Shown here one piece after another: positions 23,979-38,089 of a stretch of 64,000 nt of DNA; within the stretch, counting starts at the first letter, position 1; the number at the start of each line of letters is the position of its first letter. The notes under the pieces are model-generated. The model searched no databases, was not told where the DNA came from, and worked only from the letters and a program-made list of their open reading frames with translations. Made by a program: the position numbers and the translations under genes. The stretch lies in assembly GCA_964016885.1 (NCBI GenBank), contig OZ024743.1, forward strand, positions 162,688,001 through 162,752,000, read 5' to 3'. Source of the stretch: Eledone cirrhosa (lineage: Eukaryota).

Positions 23979-24872
23979 CTAGCAGTAAAGCCCGGCGTTG
24001 CTCGGGGTCGCTCAGTAGCTGTGTTAAAGTTACAATGTTAAGTTTCTTTCTTGGCTTAAAAACTGTAGTGTCTACTGTGCAGACTTGCATGTGGTGTTTT
24101 TGATTAATATTCCCTCAACCAACAATATGCCTTATGAAGTTAAGAAAACATAACGATAACCCGAATGTTATAACAAAAGAGGATGCTGGGGATAGAAACT
24201 GCACTGGTTATTTATTAACAAAGATCGAAAATGTAAACACTGCAACGCAGAGAAAAACATTAGCGTAACCAAATTATCAGTTATGTCTGTCTGCACGCCT
24301 ATATCACCTCTCTGCACGACTATCTGTCTGCACGCCTATATCACCTCTCTGCACGACTATCTGTCTGCACGCCTATATCACCTCTCTGCACGACTGTCTG
24401 TCTGCACGCCTAACGAAATTTACAGATACATATATTTTATATAAACTTATATAATTTTTGCTTTTTTTTACGAAATATTTGCTTGTTTTAAGTAGTTTTT
24501 AAATAGACTTGTTTTCAAGTAAAAATATTGTTTTAAAAGGCTTGTTTTACGTAGTCTTTAAATCGTGTATTGTGTTAATGTCATTTTAAACGCTGAGAAA
24601 GCCAGCGTAATTTTTTTAATTTTTGCACGCAGACGCTCAATGTAAACAGAACAAAGGGAAATAACTGATCACTTACGCTCAAAAATCGATACATTATATT
24701 CGATTTCGTCACATAGGGTGGGTCAATTTGAAATTTTTTTTTTCCCGATGTCTTCGCTAGGGCTCAATGTACAAGTATAGCAATTTCGGTGCAATTCCGT
24801 GAGAGATTCTAAGTGGAGATGTGTGCCAAAAATCGATAGACAGACAGACAACCACAGTTTTATATATATAGA
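23979..24872 (-). mobile_element. Non-autonomous Helitron with internal 37-bp tandem repeat
   Basis: Minus strand TCTATATATATAAAACTG start, GC-rich hairpin before terminal CTAG, inserted between A and T. CTGTCTGCACGCCTATATCACCTCTCTGCACGACTAT x3 at about 24287-24411. Confidence 0.75.
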
Positions 24873-24884
24873 TATATATAGATA

Positions 24885-25973
24885 TAGAAAGTGAAATGCT
24901 GTGTAAATGGCATTATACATCACGGTAAGAAATTATCAAAAAGTGTAAATATTACGAAATAAAATAAACCATTGTACGGTCTTAGAAACAATTATAATTG
25001 ATTTACATCATTCAATAAGAAACAGTAAACTTTTCTAATTATTCCCAAAGGAAATATAAATTAAATAGTAGTTTATATTGAGAAATATTTGAAAAAATTG
25101 ATGTTAAAATGGGGGATCGTCTTATATATGACATTTTTTTCACGCACAGAGTTGCTGAAGCATGGAACAAACTCCCGGCATCAGTTGTTAGCTGTCGAGA
25201 CACTGCATCCTTTAAAACCTCCATGCTTCCTGAGATTCGCCAACACTACACCTAATACTCCCCCTCCATAAACACGCACACATGTATATCATTTGGCAGT
25301 ATCAGTAGAGCATCGGACAACACGCTTTACAGCATAGAGTTACGGCCATTTATGATCTGAGTTCAAACCTCGCCACGGTTAACTTTGCCTTTCATCGTTA
25401 CAGGGTCGATAAAATAAAGTACCAGTCACACACGGGGGTCGATTTAATCGACTTTCCTCTCCACCCAAATTGCTGGCCTTGTGCCTATATAAGAAAACAT
25501 TATTCTATGTACTATACCTTTGATGAGTTGTAGTGCACCTGAGCACTGTACACAATAATTTCATTATTCATTTTCATTATTCATATCCGGGGTAATATTT
25601 TGACGATTTTTACCAACTTCAAATTCTACGTAACTAAAGTGCTAAAATATCTAGAGCGATTATTTCACAATGAAACAGTTTTTCTACATTTACTATATTG
25701 TGAGTTTTATCTAAGCATTGCATTGAGAACATTCCAAACAATTTTTTTATAATTTGAACTTTTTAATATATAATTAATCCTGCGCACACACACATGTATG
25801 TGTGCGAATATTTAATTTACATTTCCTCTAGAAATAATTAGAAAAGTTTATTGTTTCTTAGTTGAATTATGTAAATCAATTATAATTGTTTCTAAGACCG
25901 TACAATGGTTTATTTTATTTCGTCATATTTACACTTTTTGCATATTTCTTACCGTGATCATTTTCACTTTCTA
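24885..25973. mobile_element. MITE with long AT-rich TIRs (about 170 bp) containing a nested CR1-like 3' end and a SINE
   Basis: About 24885-25065 is the reverse complement of about 25810-25973. CR1-like tail 25130-25583 is interrupted by a SINE at 25293-25500. Confidence 0.7.
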
Positions 25974-27327
25974 TATGCATTTATTTTCAGTCATGGTGTA
26001 GGAATTGCTGTATTAGATAGACATGTAGTTAGTGATTCCTCCCAAAGGGATTGTAGGCTTTATGTAAGGGAATTGGAGAAGCATACATTCTTAGGCCCAG
26101 AGTTAAAACATATATGCATCTACGTGTACTCAATGTCAAACTAGCATAGCTTCAACAATTAGGTGATTTGAAGTAACAGGATTTGGGGAGCAGAAATTGT
26201 TGTGTTGTTCGATGATAAATAGTAGGTTGCTTTTATTAGGCTGTAGTCAGGCGATCTGATGGGGTCAAAGATAATAACAATTGGGGAAAGTCGGGATGTA
26301 AAGGTAAAAAATAAACCTTCAAAATAATAAAACTCATCACTCATCCATAATAAAGAATATATATATATTATTATCATCGTTTTTACATATATTTTTCCAT
26401 GCTCGCATAGGTTGGATGGGTCCTTTTCAACACAGCATCTCTCCAATTGCTTTGTTCCTCCGTTGTCTTTTCTATGAGTCTCGGCAGTTTGAGATCAGCT
26501 TTCACCACCTCTACCCAGGTCTTCCTTGGTCTATCTCTACTACGGCTTCTTTCTACTGGCACTTCACTGAACGATCATCATCCATGCGCAGCATATGTCC
26601 TTACCAACACAGTCTTCTCTCTTGCACACCACTTCAGTGATGAACTTAGTTATATTTTGGTTACAAGCTTTCATTTTCCCTTTTGGTGGTTGATATATGT
26701 TTCAAAGTAAAATTTTTCTTTTGGGGTCTTATTACTTCAATAAATTGAGCTTCAAGATCTTCATTACTAATTTGTAGTTCTTCCTTTTCATAGTCATCCA
26801 AATTTTTCGTTAAATACATACTGAGGTACCCACCTCTCATATTGTATTCTCAAGGTACATGAAAGCATAATTGGGTAATTCATATTTTGAATCAAAATCC
26901 TCTTCTTTTTTGTCTTTTGCCCAAGTTTCTTGAAGACATCGGTCTGTCTTTGGGGCTCCACTCCTGATTTGTTAGGTTTACTCTTTTACACGTGGCCGAT
27001 GAGTCAAACATGGACTCCTTCCATCCTGGCTGTTGGCTGCCAGGTGCAGCTCCTCTGCCCAGTGGTGCAGTGTAAACACCTCCCACTCACGTGGTTTAGC
27101 CTGCCAGCTGAAGCAATGTACTGGGGTGTGGCACTAGGAGCCAGCACATGAGAGATTTAGGAGGTGGATGAGAACCTATTTTGCTTGTCCATTCCACCAT
27201 GTAGGTGGAATGCAGTTGCTAGACAACACAGGTGCTATCTCTATCCAGAGCTCCTGACACCCCATTCAATAATACTATTTAATTAACTAAAAAAAGGACA
27301 TTTAAAATGTTTGTATAATAAGCCACA

Positions 27328-27665
27328 TCATCATCATCATCATTTCATTTTACGTCCGCTTTTTCCCTGATCGCAAGGGTGGGACGGGAACTGATTCTGG
27401 CTTGATTTCTACAGCTGGATGCCCTTCCTAACACCAACCTCATTTACAGTGAGTGCTGGGTATTTTTTTGCCGTGGCACCTCCATGACCACTTTGCAGTG
27501 GAATGATATGGGCCTCAGTCCCTATCATCTCATTTCTACAGCTGAGTAAACTGGAGCAATGTGAAATAAAGTGTCTTGCTCAAGGAAACAACACATCACC
27601 CGGTCTGAGAATTGAACTCACAACCTTTCAATTGCAAGGCCAATGCTCTAACCACTAAGCCATGT
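27328..27665 (-). mobile_element. tRNA-derived SINE with RTE-type tail and (TGA)n end
   Basis: Close to the reverse complement of 37247-37566, with A/B boxes. Confidence 0.8.
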
Positions 27666-28506
27666 GTCTGTATATGATATTAAATTAAAAAAATAATAGC
27701 TATCATTCAGTAATTCTATTTAATTGACTAAAGAAAGAAGAACGTTTTGTTGTTGAAATGTGAATGGTGGTGAGAGGGAAAAACCATAATATTCCCATCG
27801 GATTTGATATCTATACCACATGATATAAGTATCAAGAAAGTTTAGATACCTCCACTATCACACGCTATTAGTTACTCTTTGTACCCCACCCATGCCCTCT
27901 CCTCTATCACTCCTTAGCTATTCCCCACCATCACTACACCTCTCCATTTCTGGCACTAGTGAGTGCCATTCCCACCACTCATCTCCATGAAAAAAAAAGT
28001 CAAGAGGACCCTTCAATCATGCCATGGTATGGCAACCTATCTAGTGTTGATCTACATGATAAATCCACCCAGTATACACTGTAAAGTGGTTGGAGATAGG
28101 AACGGAATCCGGTCATAGAAAGCTTGGGTTGGGAGGACCCTTCAGTTGTGTGAAAGACATGACAACCTCTGTGTAGTCAGTAGAATGAGACCAGATGTAA
28201 GCAAGATAACAGACCCCCAGCCTGTCTGGGAGGTCAGTAGCCCCACTTCAGTACTGACTTGGTCTATGTAAACCCATCCAACCCTTGCTAGCAGGGAAAA
28301 TGAACATTAAACTATGATGATGATGATGATTACCTGATACTTAGCAAAACTGAGGCAATGTAGAATAAAAGAATACAATAATGAACTTTCACCAGTAAGT
28401 TGTCTGACACTTTGTCCATTATTTGGTGTTTGGAGGTAGGGAATATCAAGCCAATGGTTCCTACAGTTCATCCAAATAATATCTTTCCTCATATTTTCTA
28501 TTTCAG

Positions 28507-28592
28507 CACTAATCATCTATACGTCAAAATCATTGGGATCAGATGAAAAGGGTGATGGCAGTGAAGAAAACCCTTATGCCACAATCCTCCAG
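28507..28592 (+). CDS. NARS1: AsnRS coding exon 2
   Basis: ag|..LIIYTSKSLGSDEKGDGSEENPYATILQ|gtaac, matching the eukaryotic AsnRS N-terminal GSD..GDG...P motif. Confidence 0.9.
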
Positions 28593-31132
28593 GTAACATT
28601 TCTCGATTTTCTGTATTTAGCTACTATTTATTAGATTTTCTTTTCTTTTTTTGTGTTGTTTTTCCAATTAATGTATCTCAGGAAGAATGTAAATAGCTAT
28701 GAATGAGGCTTGGCAGTTCCATCACTGAATCAAAGCTATAAGAGGTAACATCGATGTCTTTAGTAGAATCAAAACAAATTTACCTGATTAGTCCTTTCCA
28801 TTTATTAAAATAAGAGATATTCTAACCTCATAAGAACTACTCGGTTCAACAGCCTAAACCTAACTTAACTCTTAACATCCTATAATGATTTAGTAAAAAA
28901 TGTCTAAAAACCGGGTTTATTAATTCAAATATTTGTAGTATTTTTACTAGTCGACAGATCATTGTGAAAATTTGCAGTATTAGACTAATGACTTCAATTT
29001 TTCATAGTGCTGTTTTATACTATTCAAAAATGTTTTGATAATGCAGTTTCATGTGGTATAGGGTATTAAGAATTAATGCTTGTTTAGAGTAAGAAAGACA
29101 ACCTGCTCCTTTTACGGAATATACCACAACTTTAGAAATACTTTGAAATATTATACTTAAACCACCTATAACCCTGCAAGAAGGCAACCTCTTACTGAAA
29201 TCATCTTGAAAATAAAGAACTTACTGTTTTAATATTTAATGTAGAGCTCATAAGTGACATAGTTTGTGGTGAGAGAGTAATTAAAAAGTAGTTAAGATTA
29301 CAGTTTATAGGTTCTTTGTGAAGATAGAACATGTTAGCAAATGAGAGAAGTTTCTTGATTAATCAAATGTTTTTTCTTTGAATGTGGTCTGGGACGATGA
29401 GGATTGAAGGGGCTGAACATCACAGATATGAGAATAGCACTCCATTATGAGTGAATCACAACTGAGTTGAAAGCGTTGCAATCAGGGTTGGTAGTTAATA
29501 TTGTAATTGGCTCTGCAGTTAAGTGTAAGTAGATAGCACTGTGTTGTACCACTCATTGTTGTAGTGAGTAGCAATAGCAGTACTGTAATTAGTTTTCATT
29601 GCCACTTTCCACTCTTCTTCGGGATTGACTTGTAGAGAGAAGAGCTCTGCTGGAATGACTTCGCCTAGATTCAAGCCTTATGTGAATTGTGGGAATCACT
29701 GCTTCACCATACAATTATGGCGTATATTTGTGCTTGTAAAGTCCTAAAAAGTACATTTTAGGCCTTGAAGTTTCTTGACAATACTAAAAAGAATATGGAA
29801 CTTCTAGAGGAGATTATTGGGAAACACGTGTAGGGAGAGATCTTTTATTACATTGATAATTCCAAGTTGTATACTTTCAATATTTAAAAGAAATTATTTG
29901 ATTTAAATGTCAAAAACGTTTTATTTTAACATTGTTACATTGCTTAACCCTTTTAATACCAACTTTCCTGAGACTTCCTTGGTTTTATGATACACAACTG
30001 TTCATTTTAAAATATTTACATTTATATTAAAACCTTCCACCATGAGAAATTTTTGTTAAGTAATGTTTGAAACGGGTTACTAATGAAATAATTAGTTATT
30101 TAAGTAAATTCTTCAAATTTTCATGATTAATACATATATGCAGTGTATTCCATTAGAAATATAGTAACAAATGGTTTAAGGTCTTAATTTTTGAATTCAT
30201 TTATGCTACATTTCTGATAAATTAACTCAGATATTATGTTTAGGCTTCTCTAAATTGCAGTTGGGAGCTTGTAAGGTTTTTGCTAGAATATGAAAATGTT
30301 GCAAATAAGAGGTGTTAACTGTTTCCAACAGTTAATTGAGTAGTTTGTGAAAGGTTATTATTAAAAATATATACAAGGGCAGTGGATTGGCAGACTCGTT
30401 AGTGTCAGACAAAATGCTTTGAAGTATTTATTCTGGCTCTTTACGTTCTGAATTCTGATAACTTTACTTTTCGTCCTTCTGGGGTTAATGTTATTGATTT
30501 CCCCTCTCCTCATATTGTTGGCGTTGTGCCTAAGTTAGAAACAATTAATCAGCCATGACTATTCAATATGTTTTTTAGACATGGTGTGTCTAAGACATTA
30601 CCCAATGGTTGCTTCTTCTTTTTAAGATGGTAGAATGTAATTTGGGGGATATTTGGCTGTTATTTCTTCCAGATTTAGAAATTGTATATAGGCTCCTTTG
30701 CTGACTCAACTTTCAGTGTTTAACAAAGGTAGCTAGATTAGTTGTTTGCTCCCAGATTAGCTCTGTTCCAGTAGACTTATGGCACACAAGTAGTTGGTTG
30801 AATATTTTAGTGCAACCCACATATCTATTGTGACAGTTTAGATATATATTTCTACATATCTGTAGATTCTGGTGGTGGCTATGATAGGTTTAGACAGTGC
30901 ACACAAATTATTTAGTGTGTGGACAAATAGGGAATTAAAGTGGAAATTATAAATTTCAAGTCAGGCTAGTGATAACATGTGTCTGCCATGTAAGCCATAT
31001 TAATATGATGAATAATGTTGTTACAGAAGAGTATGTTTGATATAGCCTATTTTACCTTCCAATTCTCTTTATTCTTTGTATAGTAAACAATGAAACTTAT
31101 TTACTCTGTCAGTTTCCTTCACTATTTTCCAG

Positions 31133-31198
31133 GCTCTGCGCTCTTGTAATCTCAACCCACCTCCAACCATCAAGGTGGATTCAGCATCTTCTGATCAG
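31133..31198 (+). CDS. NARS1: AsnRS coding exon 3
   Basis: cag|ALRSCNLNPPPTIKVDSASSDQ|gtatgt. Confidence 0.85.
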
Positions 31199-32724
31199 GT
31201 ATGTAACATTATTAGATTCTATACATGCACATACATCAACACACACACACACATAGAACTTGAAAATAGACACAAAGATGCACACTCCTGTTGGAGTTTT
31301 CTTTTCAATGTTTCCCTTTGTATAAGATTCTATTGAAATTAATTGTTGGTGATAGGAAGGGCATCTGGTCATAGAAAATTTGCCAAACAAAAGGCCAGAA
31401 GGACTCTTCAGCTTTGTCAAAGACATAACTCCACTAGCACAGGTGTCACAATAGAATGCACCCATAAGTGTGTGAGATATTATGTGAGTTGTGTGCCAGC
31501 AGTCCATCTGAGCACGTGGTAGAGTGCAAGAACATATGTAAGTAAGATACAAGTTCCTAGCCCATTAGTGGGATCAGTTACTCTGCTTGAGTACTGACCT
31601 GTCTGTTGAGAGACCATCCAGCCTTTGCTTGAAGCAGACAGTAAATGATGATGTTGATGACGACAATTGTTCGTTCTTTGTTGACATACTTCAGATCAAA
31701 CTGACATAATTTTTCTTTGAAGGTATTATTATGATAAATATTTTCTACCTGTAAACCAGACACTAATCTCTTTGTGTCTTATATGACCAAATTATCGAAA
31801 TGTTAGAAAATAAACCATTAGTTTCATTCGCTGCAACCAAATCACACTTTCCTTTCGACGTCATTCTGATGTTTATTTAACAATGCCTAAGTTATCTTGA
31901 ACAAGATGTGATTTATCAGATCAATACACACTATGACAGTATTGGTCTGTCATTTTTCATTAGTTCCCTTTTGGTTGCTTCTACCACATATATAAACACA
32001 TCCACATATACAAAAAATTCAAATTATATTTAGTTATGTATTTTTTTTCATCACACAAAGATAGAGTACGAGTGCTTTGAAAGAGTGGCTAGACATTAAA
32101 TGCATTAGCTGACATATGCAGCAGAGATAACTGCACTAGTATGGACAATGATTGTTCATTAAATTGTTTTAATAACAGTGGAAAATACTCATGGAAAATG
32201 TAGAACAAATCAGAGAATAGTTGGCTTCACAGAAGAAATGGAGAAAGAACAAGATGAACAAACCCAGTCCACTAAGTTCAAGTTCACTGTGCTGTGGCAT
32301 GCTGAAAACATAATTCTCAATAATCTAATTCATCTAACTGTAACGTGATACCAGAGGGTGGAAATGAGAAACTAGCAGTATGGAATTCAATTTGGGTCTT
32401 TCTGATTTTTGGCCATGATGGAAGTGCTAACATCATGACCATACTTTTGTTTCTTTCATTATCACTTGTGTGACTTCAAAGAAATTAAAATTGAAAGGCA
32501 AGATCACTTCATTAAATCTATATTCTTTTTCTAATACCATAATTAAATTAATTTTTTGGGGTGCAATCTAATGTAGAATTCAATTCAGAGTACATCTATT
32601 TCAAACCAAGTATTTAATATGGTAATAATTTATAATCCTTTATTCATATCATTCACTCCTTCATCTGAACATACTTCAAAATACACAAATTTCTTTGTTC
32701 ATTTCTTCATTAACTTCCTTTTAG

Positions 32725-32817
32725 AAGTGGGATGTTGCTGCTAAGAGCCAACTAAAAAAACAAATGAAACAGTTTGAAAGAGAACAGATGAAGTCAAAAG
32801 AAGCTGAAAAAAAAGAA
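32725..32817 (+). CDS. NARS1: AsnRS coding exon 4
   Basis: tag|KWDVAAKSQLKKQMKQFEREQMKSKEAEKKE|gtaagt. Confidence 0.9.
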
Positions 32818-33553
32818 GTAAGTTTCAAAATATTTTCCTTTGTTCTTTTTTTCTTTTCACTGCCTCGTTATCTTGTCTTTATATTCCTGCTTGCATCTAT
32901 TTTCTGTGTTGTCATGGGTGTGATGATTTTTGTAAATTAATACATTTGCATTACTATTGAAAGACTTAGATCAGTGGTTCTCAATCTTTTCATTACTAAG
33001 CACATTTAAATGAATTTTCTTACGAGCTCCAGACTTCTTCAAGAACCTGGGGTCTATGGAAAATACTGTTTACTCAGAACTAACCTATGTCAGCTGAATA
33101 AAATGAACATTGACATATGTGATAATAAAGACATTGGAGGAATTGTTCTTACAAATTGATATCCTTTCACTGAATTAGGAGTAGATCATGTTTAGGAGCA
33201 GTACACAATGATTTGTTTGGTTTAAACTCATAACGTTACAGTTGTTAATCATCCACCAATTTAATCTCATGCCTTTAGTGCTGTGACACCTCTGAAAGCA
33301 TCATTACTCTGCTTGTGTTTGCCTCACTTTTCACAACAAATTCCACTTCTATTTCATTGTCTAAGATCAGCTGCAAAAGTTGTTCCAGCAACACTTCATA
33401 TTGCAAATATATGCATTTGCAAAGAGTCATCCAACAATAACATGAAAACAATGGATGTAAAAGAAGTGAACATGTGCATATAAAAGCACGTATACACAAA
33501 TGCATACATACACACAGACATACAATTTTGTATAATTTTCATCTCTATTTCAG

Positions 33554-33643
33554 GCTGAAGATCAAGAAAGACGAGAAAAGAACCTTGAAGAAGCCAAGTC
33601 TATCATTATTACCCAAGATCTCTCACTCCCTGAAGCAAAAAAG
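33554..33643 (+). CDS. NARS1: AsnRS coding exon 5
   Basis: cag|AEDQERREKNLEEAKSIIITQDLSLPEAKK|gttttg. Confidence 0.92.
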
Positions 33644-33689
33644 GTTTTGTTTGATGAGTTTATTTCTCCCCCGTCTAACTAGAATTAGC

Positions 33690-33862
33690 AGTATAGCAGT
33701 ATCGGTAGAGGGACGCCATGCTTTCCAGCATAGTTACGTCCCTTTACGTCCTGAGTTCAAATCCCGTCAAGGTTAACCTTGTCTTTCATCCTTACCGGGT
33801 CGATAAAATAAAGTACCAGTCATGAACTGGATAATTGCTGGCCTTGTGCCAAAAGTAGAAAC
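33690..33862 (+). mobile_element. tRNA-derived SINE (Nin/Deu-like core)
   Basis: Same family as the 23.2 and 23.7 kb copies. Confidence 0.8.
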
Positions 33863-34637
33863 AATTATTATTGTAATTTAATGTAAATCGTCAATTTAGA
33901 TTTATCATTGCACTTTGATATAAGTCCTCAACAGGGGATTGGGAATACATCGTTCCTTCGCAGCTCTGATCTTTAGTGGCTGCTTTTTCTTACATTGTCC
34001 ATTGTCCCCCTCACACAACAAAAAGCATATCAGCAATACCACAGAACACTACTGCAATACTATGCTAACAACTCTATTCCTCCTATATAGTCCAGACAAA
34101 TATTTAAAACAATTGCACACACTGGAAAGTGAATATGCTGGTGCTACAATAAAATGCACTCAGCCCACACTGTAAAGAGGTTTTGCTGATGCCACAAAAT
34201 ACCTGGTCTACCCTGTCAAAAGGCAATGGCAGCAACATGATAAAATGAACCCAGTAACACACCATGAAGTGGTTGGTGTTAGGAAGGGCATAGAAACCAT
34301 ACCAAAATGGAATAGTATGAGCAAGACCTGTCTAGTCTCAGAATGCTGCAACTTGTCTAACCCATGAAAGCATAGAAAACAGAAATAAAACGATGATGAT
34401 GGTACATATTCAAAAATAGCATCTGCATAAAAAACATCATTAGCTTCAAAATCTTTGTGTTACACTCTGACAAAATTCAGTTTGCTTGCATTTGTTATGG
34501 GCACTGCGGGAACAAATTGGCTTACAACATACTGGATTCTGGAGGAAACACAAAAGCCTAGATTTGTATATTATTCTATGTACTATACATGCACCTTTGA
34601 CGTGCTGTAGTGCACCTGAGCACTTTACACAATAATT

Positions 34638-34669
<32 letters not shown>

Positions 34670-35616
34670 TGTCACAGTGTGTGCACCATACAATAAACTA
34701 TTTCATGTGGATTGCACTGTGAGGTTCTCGCGTAGGCAGAAGTAAGATATATCTGGTGCATTTGACCATCTATCTATAAACAAATGAAAGAACTGTTCAA
34801 ATTAGTGCAAATCTCCATCAAATTACACACCACTGTCTTGATAAAACACAAAAAGGGAAAAGACAAGGATGATCATAGCTAGAATGCTTTTAGTTATCGG
34901 TCTGCTCATTCAAAGTTGATTTAGGGCCTAAACAACAACAACCAACTACCTATAAATATGCTCAATCAGGACTGATTTAGGGCTAACGAACAGTAACCAA
35001 CTACCTATAATTCTGCTTGGATGGCACTGACTGGACTAAACAATTACACAATCAACTGACAATACCCACCACTATTACACATCTGATTCTAACCATCCAG
35101 CAGCTGGTCATTCTTTACTCATCATTCCTGCCACCACACATGACTCCACTCCAACGAAGAAGCTTCTATACAATTGGTCAACTGCCTTGGAAAAGCAGCC
35201 AAATATATTGTATATCCTTCAAATCACCCTCTCCTATCTTAATAAATGAAAAAAGCATTGGGCAATGTATTCCCTATTGTACAATAAGATGGGATAGTCA
35301 CACTGGAATGTTTTTAAACAATAACACCTCTCGCTACTGATTCTTTCTCACTAACACCACCCTAAGTAGTAGAAAGGCATTTAGGGATGAAAACTCTGAT
35401 GGCTTGGTTGTTTTGTCTTGGACTGTTTCAGCTTCACACCTGAAAAGAGGGTAATAGCCTTGAAATATTAAGCTAAAAATACACAGTGTAAAACATTACT
35501 TTTTGTTTCATTTGTCCTTATTTGCCCTTCGTATTTTTCTATCATTTAAAAAAAAAAATTATTGGCCTTTTAAAAAATAGTAATTTCATTCTTTTGATAT
35601 TTTTCAATAATTGTAG

Positions 35617-35695
35617 ATCAAAATTTCTGTTAGTAAGGCACATCATGAAATCCGTGTTAAGGTCTATGGATGGATTCACAGAATACGACGCCAAG
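35617..35695 (+). CDS. NARS1: AsnRS coding exon 6 (start of anticodon-binding OB fold)
   Basis: tag|IKISVSKAHHEIRVKVYGWIHRIRRQ+G|gtaaat. Confidence 0.93.
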
Positions 35696-35739
35696 GTAAA
35701 TACTTTTTACTTTCTCTAAAAAGATACAATATATATCAC

Positions 35740-36790
35740 CATCATCATTTTTACATTTGTTTTTCCATGCTTGCATGAATTGGACAGGTCTCCTCCAGCA
35801 CAGCATTTCACAATTTGTTGCAGTCCTTTGTTATTTCCTTTATAAGGTTCATCCTTTTGTGATCAGCTTTTACCACTTCCTCCTATGTCATCTAGTCTTC
35901 ATACATCCAAAGTACTGAGCATGTAATGTCTATGTTTCACTACCATATATTATTCCACTTTGTACACAAGCATCATGCAGTCTATCCTTCATTTGGAGAG
36001 AGAAACCGTTTGTTGCTAGTTAACAGCATCTTCTCTATTCATATTCTAGATACTATGCTTTCAAACACCACTTCCACCGCTAATTAGGTCACCTAGATAA
36101 AAGAAATTATTAACAACTTCTATAGAGTCTTAAGGCATTTAAAAGAATATATTTCACATGTACTCTTATTGCTTGCTAACTACTCCTACTACTCATCTGT
36201 TAGATATAAAGTTTTTATTCTTTGTGAGTCTGCATGTGAACCCATAGGTTATACTTGGTACACCAGATACCATTTCTACCTATTCCTTTTCTGTATTTCA
36301 TATATGGCAACTTCTTAGATGACCCATAGAAACTTTTGTCTTTGCTAAATGCACTTTGAGGCCTTTGGACTTTTTCCACGTTTGAAATTTCTTTTCTAAA
36401 TCTTTTAAATCTTTGACAAATGAGAACTAGGTTATAGACATGCAGCAGTTCCCATGAACAACCAGTTTTATACTCCTCTGTTATGACCTGGAGAACTGGC
36501 TTAAACAGGAGTGCACTGAGAGCAAGCCCTGATGGCTATTTACCTGCATTCTAAATTTCTTTCTGAACTAATTGCTAGCTTTCACTTTGCTGACAGCATC
36601 TCTTCACATGACTTGCATGGATCTCATAAGCCAGTCATCTAACTAGTTTACTTAGGAACCTCCAGAATACAGAGCATGCAATCTTTTTAGCTAAGAACTT
36701 CTTTTCTAGTTTTCTCACTAAGAAGAGGGTATTCATGGTATTCCCTCCGGGTACACACCCAAACTCCAACTCATCTAAGCTAATTTTGTG
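35740..36790 (-). mobile_element. Heavily decayed RTE LINE fragment
   Basis: Recognisable similarity to 16073-17452. Confidence 0.55.
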
Positions 36791-37246
36791 ATATACAGTA
36801 TGTTAACTGATAGAAATTCCCAGTTGTTCTCTATGTGACTCAATCTACTCCTTGTCATAGACATCATCATCATCATTTTACATCTGCTTTCCATGCTGAC
36901 GTAGGTTGGACAGGCTGTCACAATCTGGGACCAGACAAGTCAGAGCAACCCATCTTGCTCATTATGTTCCTTATTTGGCATGGATTCTACAGCTAGATGC
37001 CTTTCATAATGCCAACCACCTTACAGTGTGTACTTGGTGCATTTTTTATGACACCAACACTACCACTTTACAGAGTGGACTGAGTACATTTTATGACACC
37101 AGCACTAGAGAGGTTGTTACATGCTAGGCCAGACTAAATAGATCTCTCTGATCCTACATTGTTTCTGTTTGATTGCCAAACATTGTAGCCTCTAATCTTT
37201 TGCCACATTTAACTTTTAGTGTTACAGTGCTTGTACTGGTGAATGG

Positions 37247-37566
37247 GTTAGTGGTTAGAACATTGGCCTTGCAATCGAAAGGTTGTGAGTTCAATTCTCA
37301 GACTGGGTGATGTGTTGTTTCCTTTAGCAAGACACTTTATTTCACATTGCTCCAGTTTACACAGCTGTAGAAATGAGATGATAGGGACTGGGGTCCATAT
37401 CATCCCACTACAAAGTGGTCGTGGAGGTGCCACGGCAAAAAAGCACCCAGCACTCACTGTAAATGAGGTTGGTGTTAGGAAGGGCATCCAGCTGTAGAAA
37501 TCAAGCCAGAATCAGTTCCCGTCCTACCCTTGCAAGCAGCGAAAAGCAGACGTAAAATGATGATGA
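37247..37566 (+). mobile_element. tRNA-derived SINE with RTE-type tail
   Basis: TAGTGGTTAGAAC..GAGTTCAATTCTC boxes, GTTAGGAAGGGCATCCAGC core, (TGA)n end. Confidence 0.8.
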
Positions 37567-37766
37567 TAAATATATATATATATATATATACACCTCTCAT
37601 GCGCTGTCTTACAAGGACAAAGATGGATTAAAGACAAAAATAACTCGGGTACTGAATGCCATTATCACTTTCTGCTACCTCCATTATCCACACCATCATA
37701 ACTATATTATCATTAGTGAAACATTAATAAAAGGAAAAGCAGCAGTAACTGTCTTCTCCATTACAG

Positions 37767-37837
37767 GTCGCACCTTGATATTCTTGATTATTCGAGATGG
37801 AACTGGTTTTTTGCAGTGTGTCTTGACAGATAAAATG
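37767..37837 (+). CDS. NARS1: AsnRS coding exon 7
   Basis: cag|(G)RTLIFLIIRDGTGFLQCVLTDKM|gtatgt. Confidence 0.95.
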
Positions 37838-38089
37838 GTATGTAGTATTTATTAGATTCTATTTGATCACACTCCCATACTATTCTAATCTAAGTGCTAT
37901 TATAAAATTACCTTTCTTATTTTAGTGCCATAATTGGCTCAGGCTGATCAAACTGGCAAGCCTCTAGCTTTGGTTTTAGGCATTTCTAAAGTGGAACATA
38001 CAATTATCTGGGTCTCAGTGAAAGGGTTTAGATACAACATGTTAGAATCAAAGAACTGCTACTCAAGGAACTAACCACTGTCAAATTAC

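Noticed and set aside
24287-24411. 37-bp direct repeats as a CRISPR-like array
   Set aside because: These are contiguous tandem units with no unique spacers, inside a Helitron in eukaryotic DNA.
35425-35475. CTGAAAA...GAAA hammerhead-like sequence
   Set aside because: Core G8 is missing and stem I does not pair. At most a degenerate relic.
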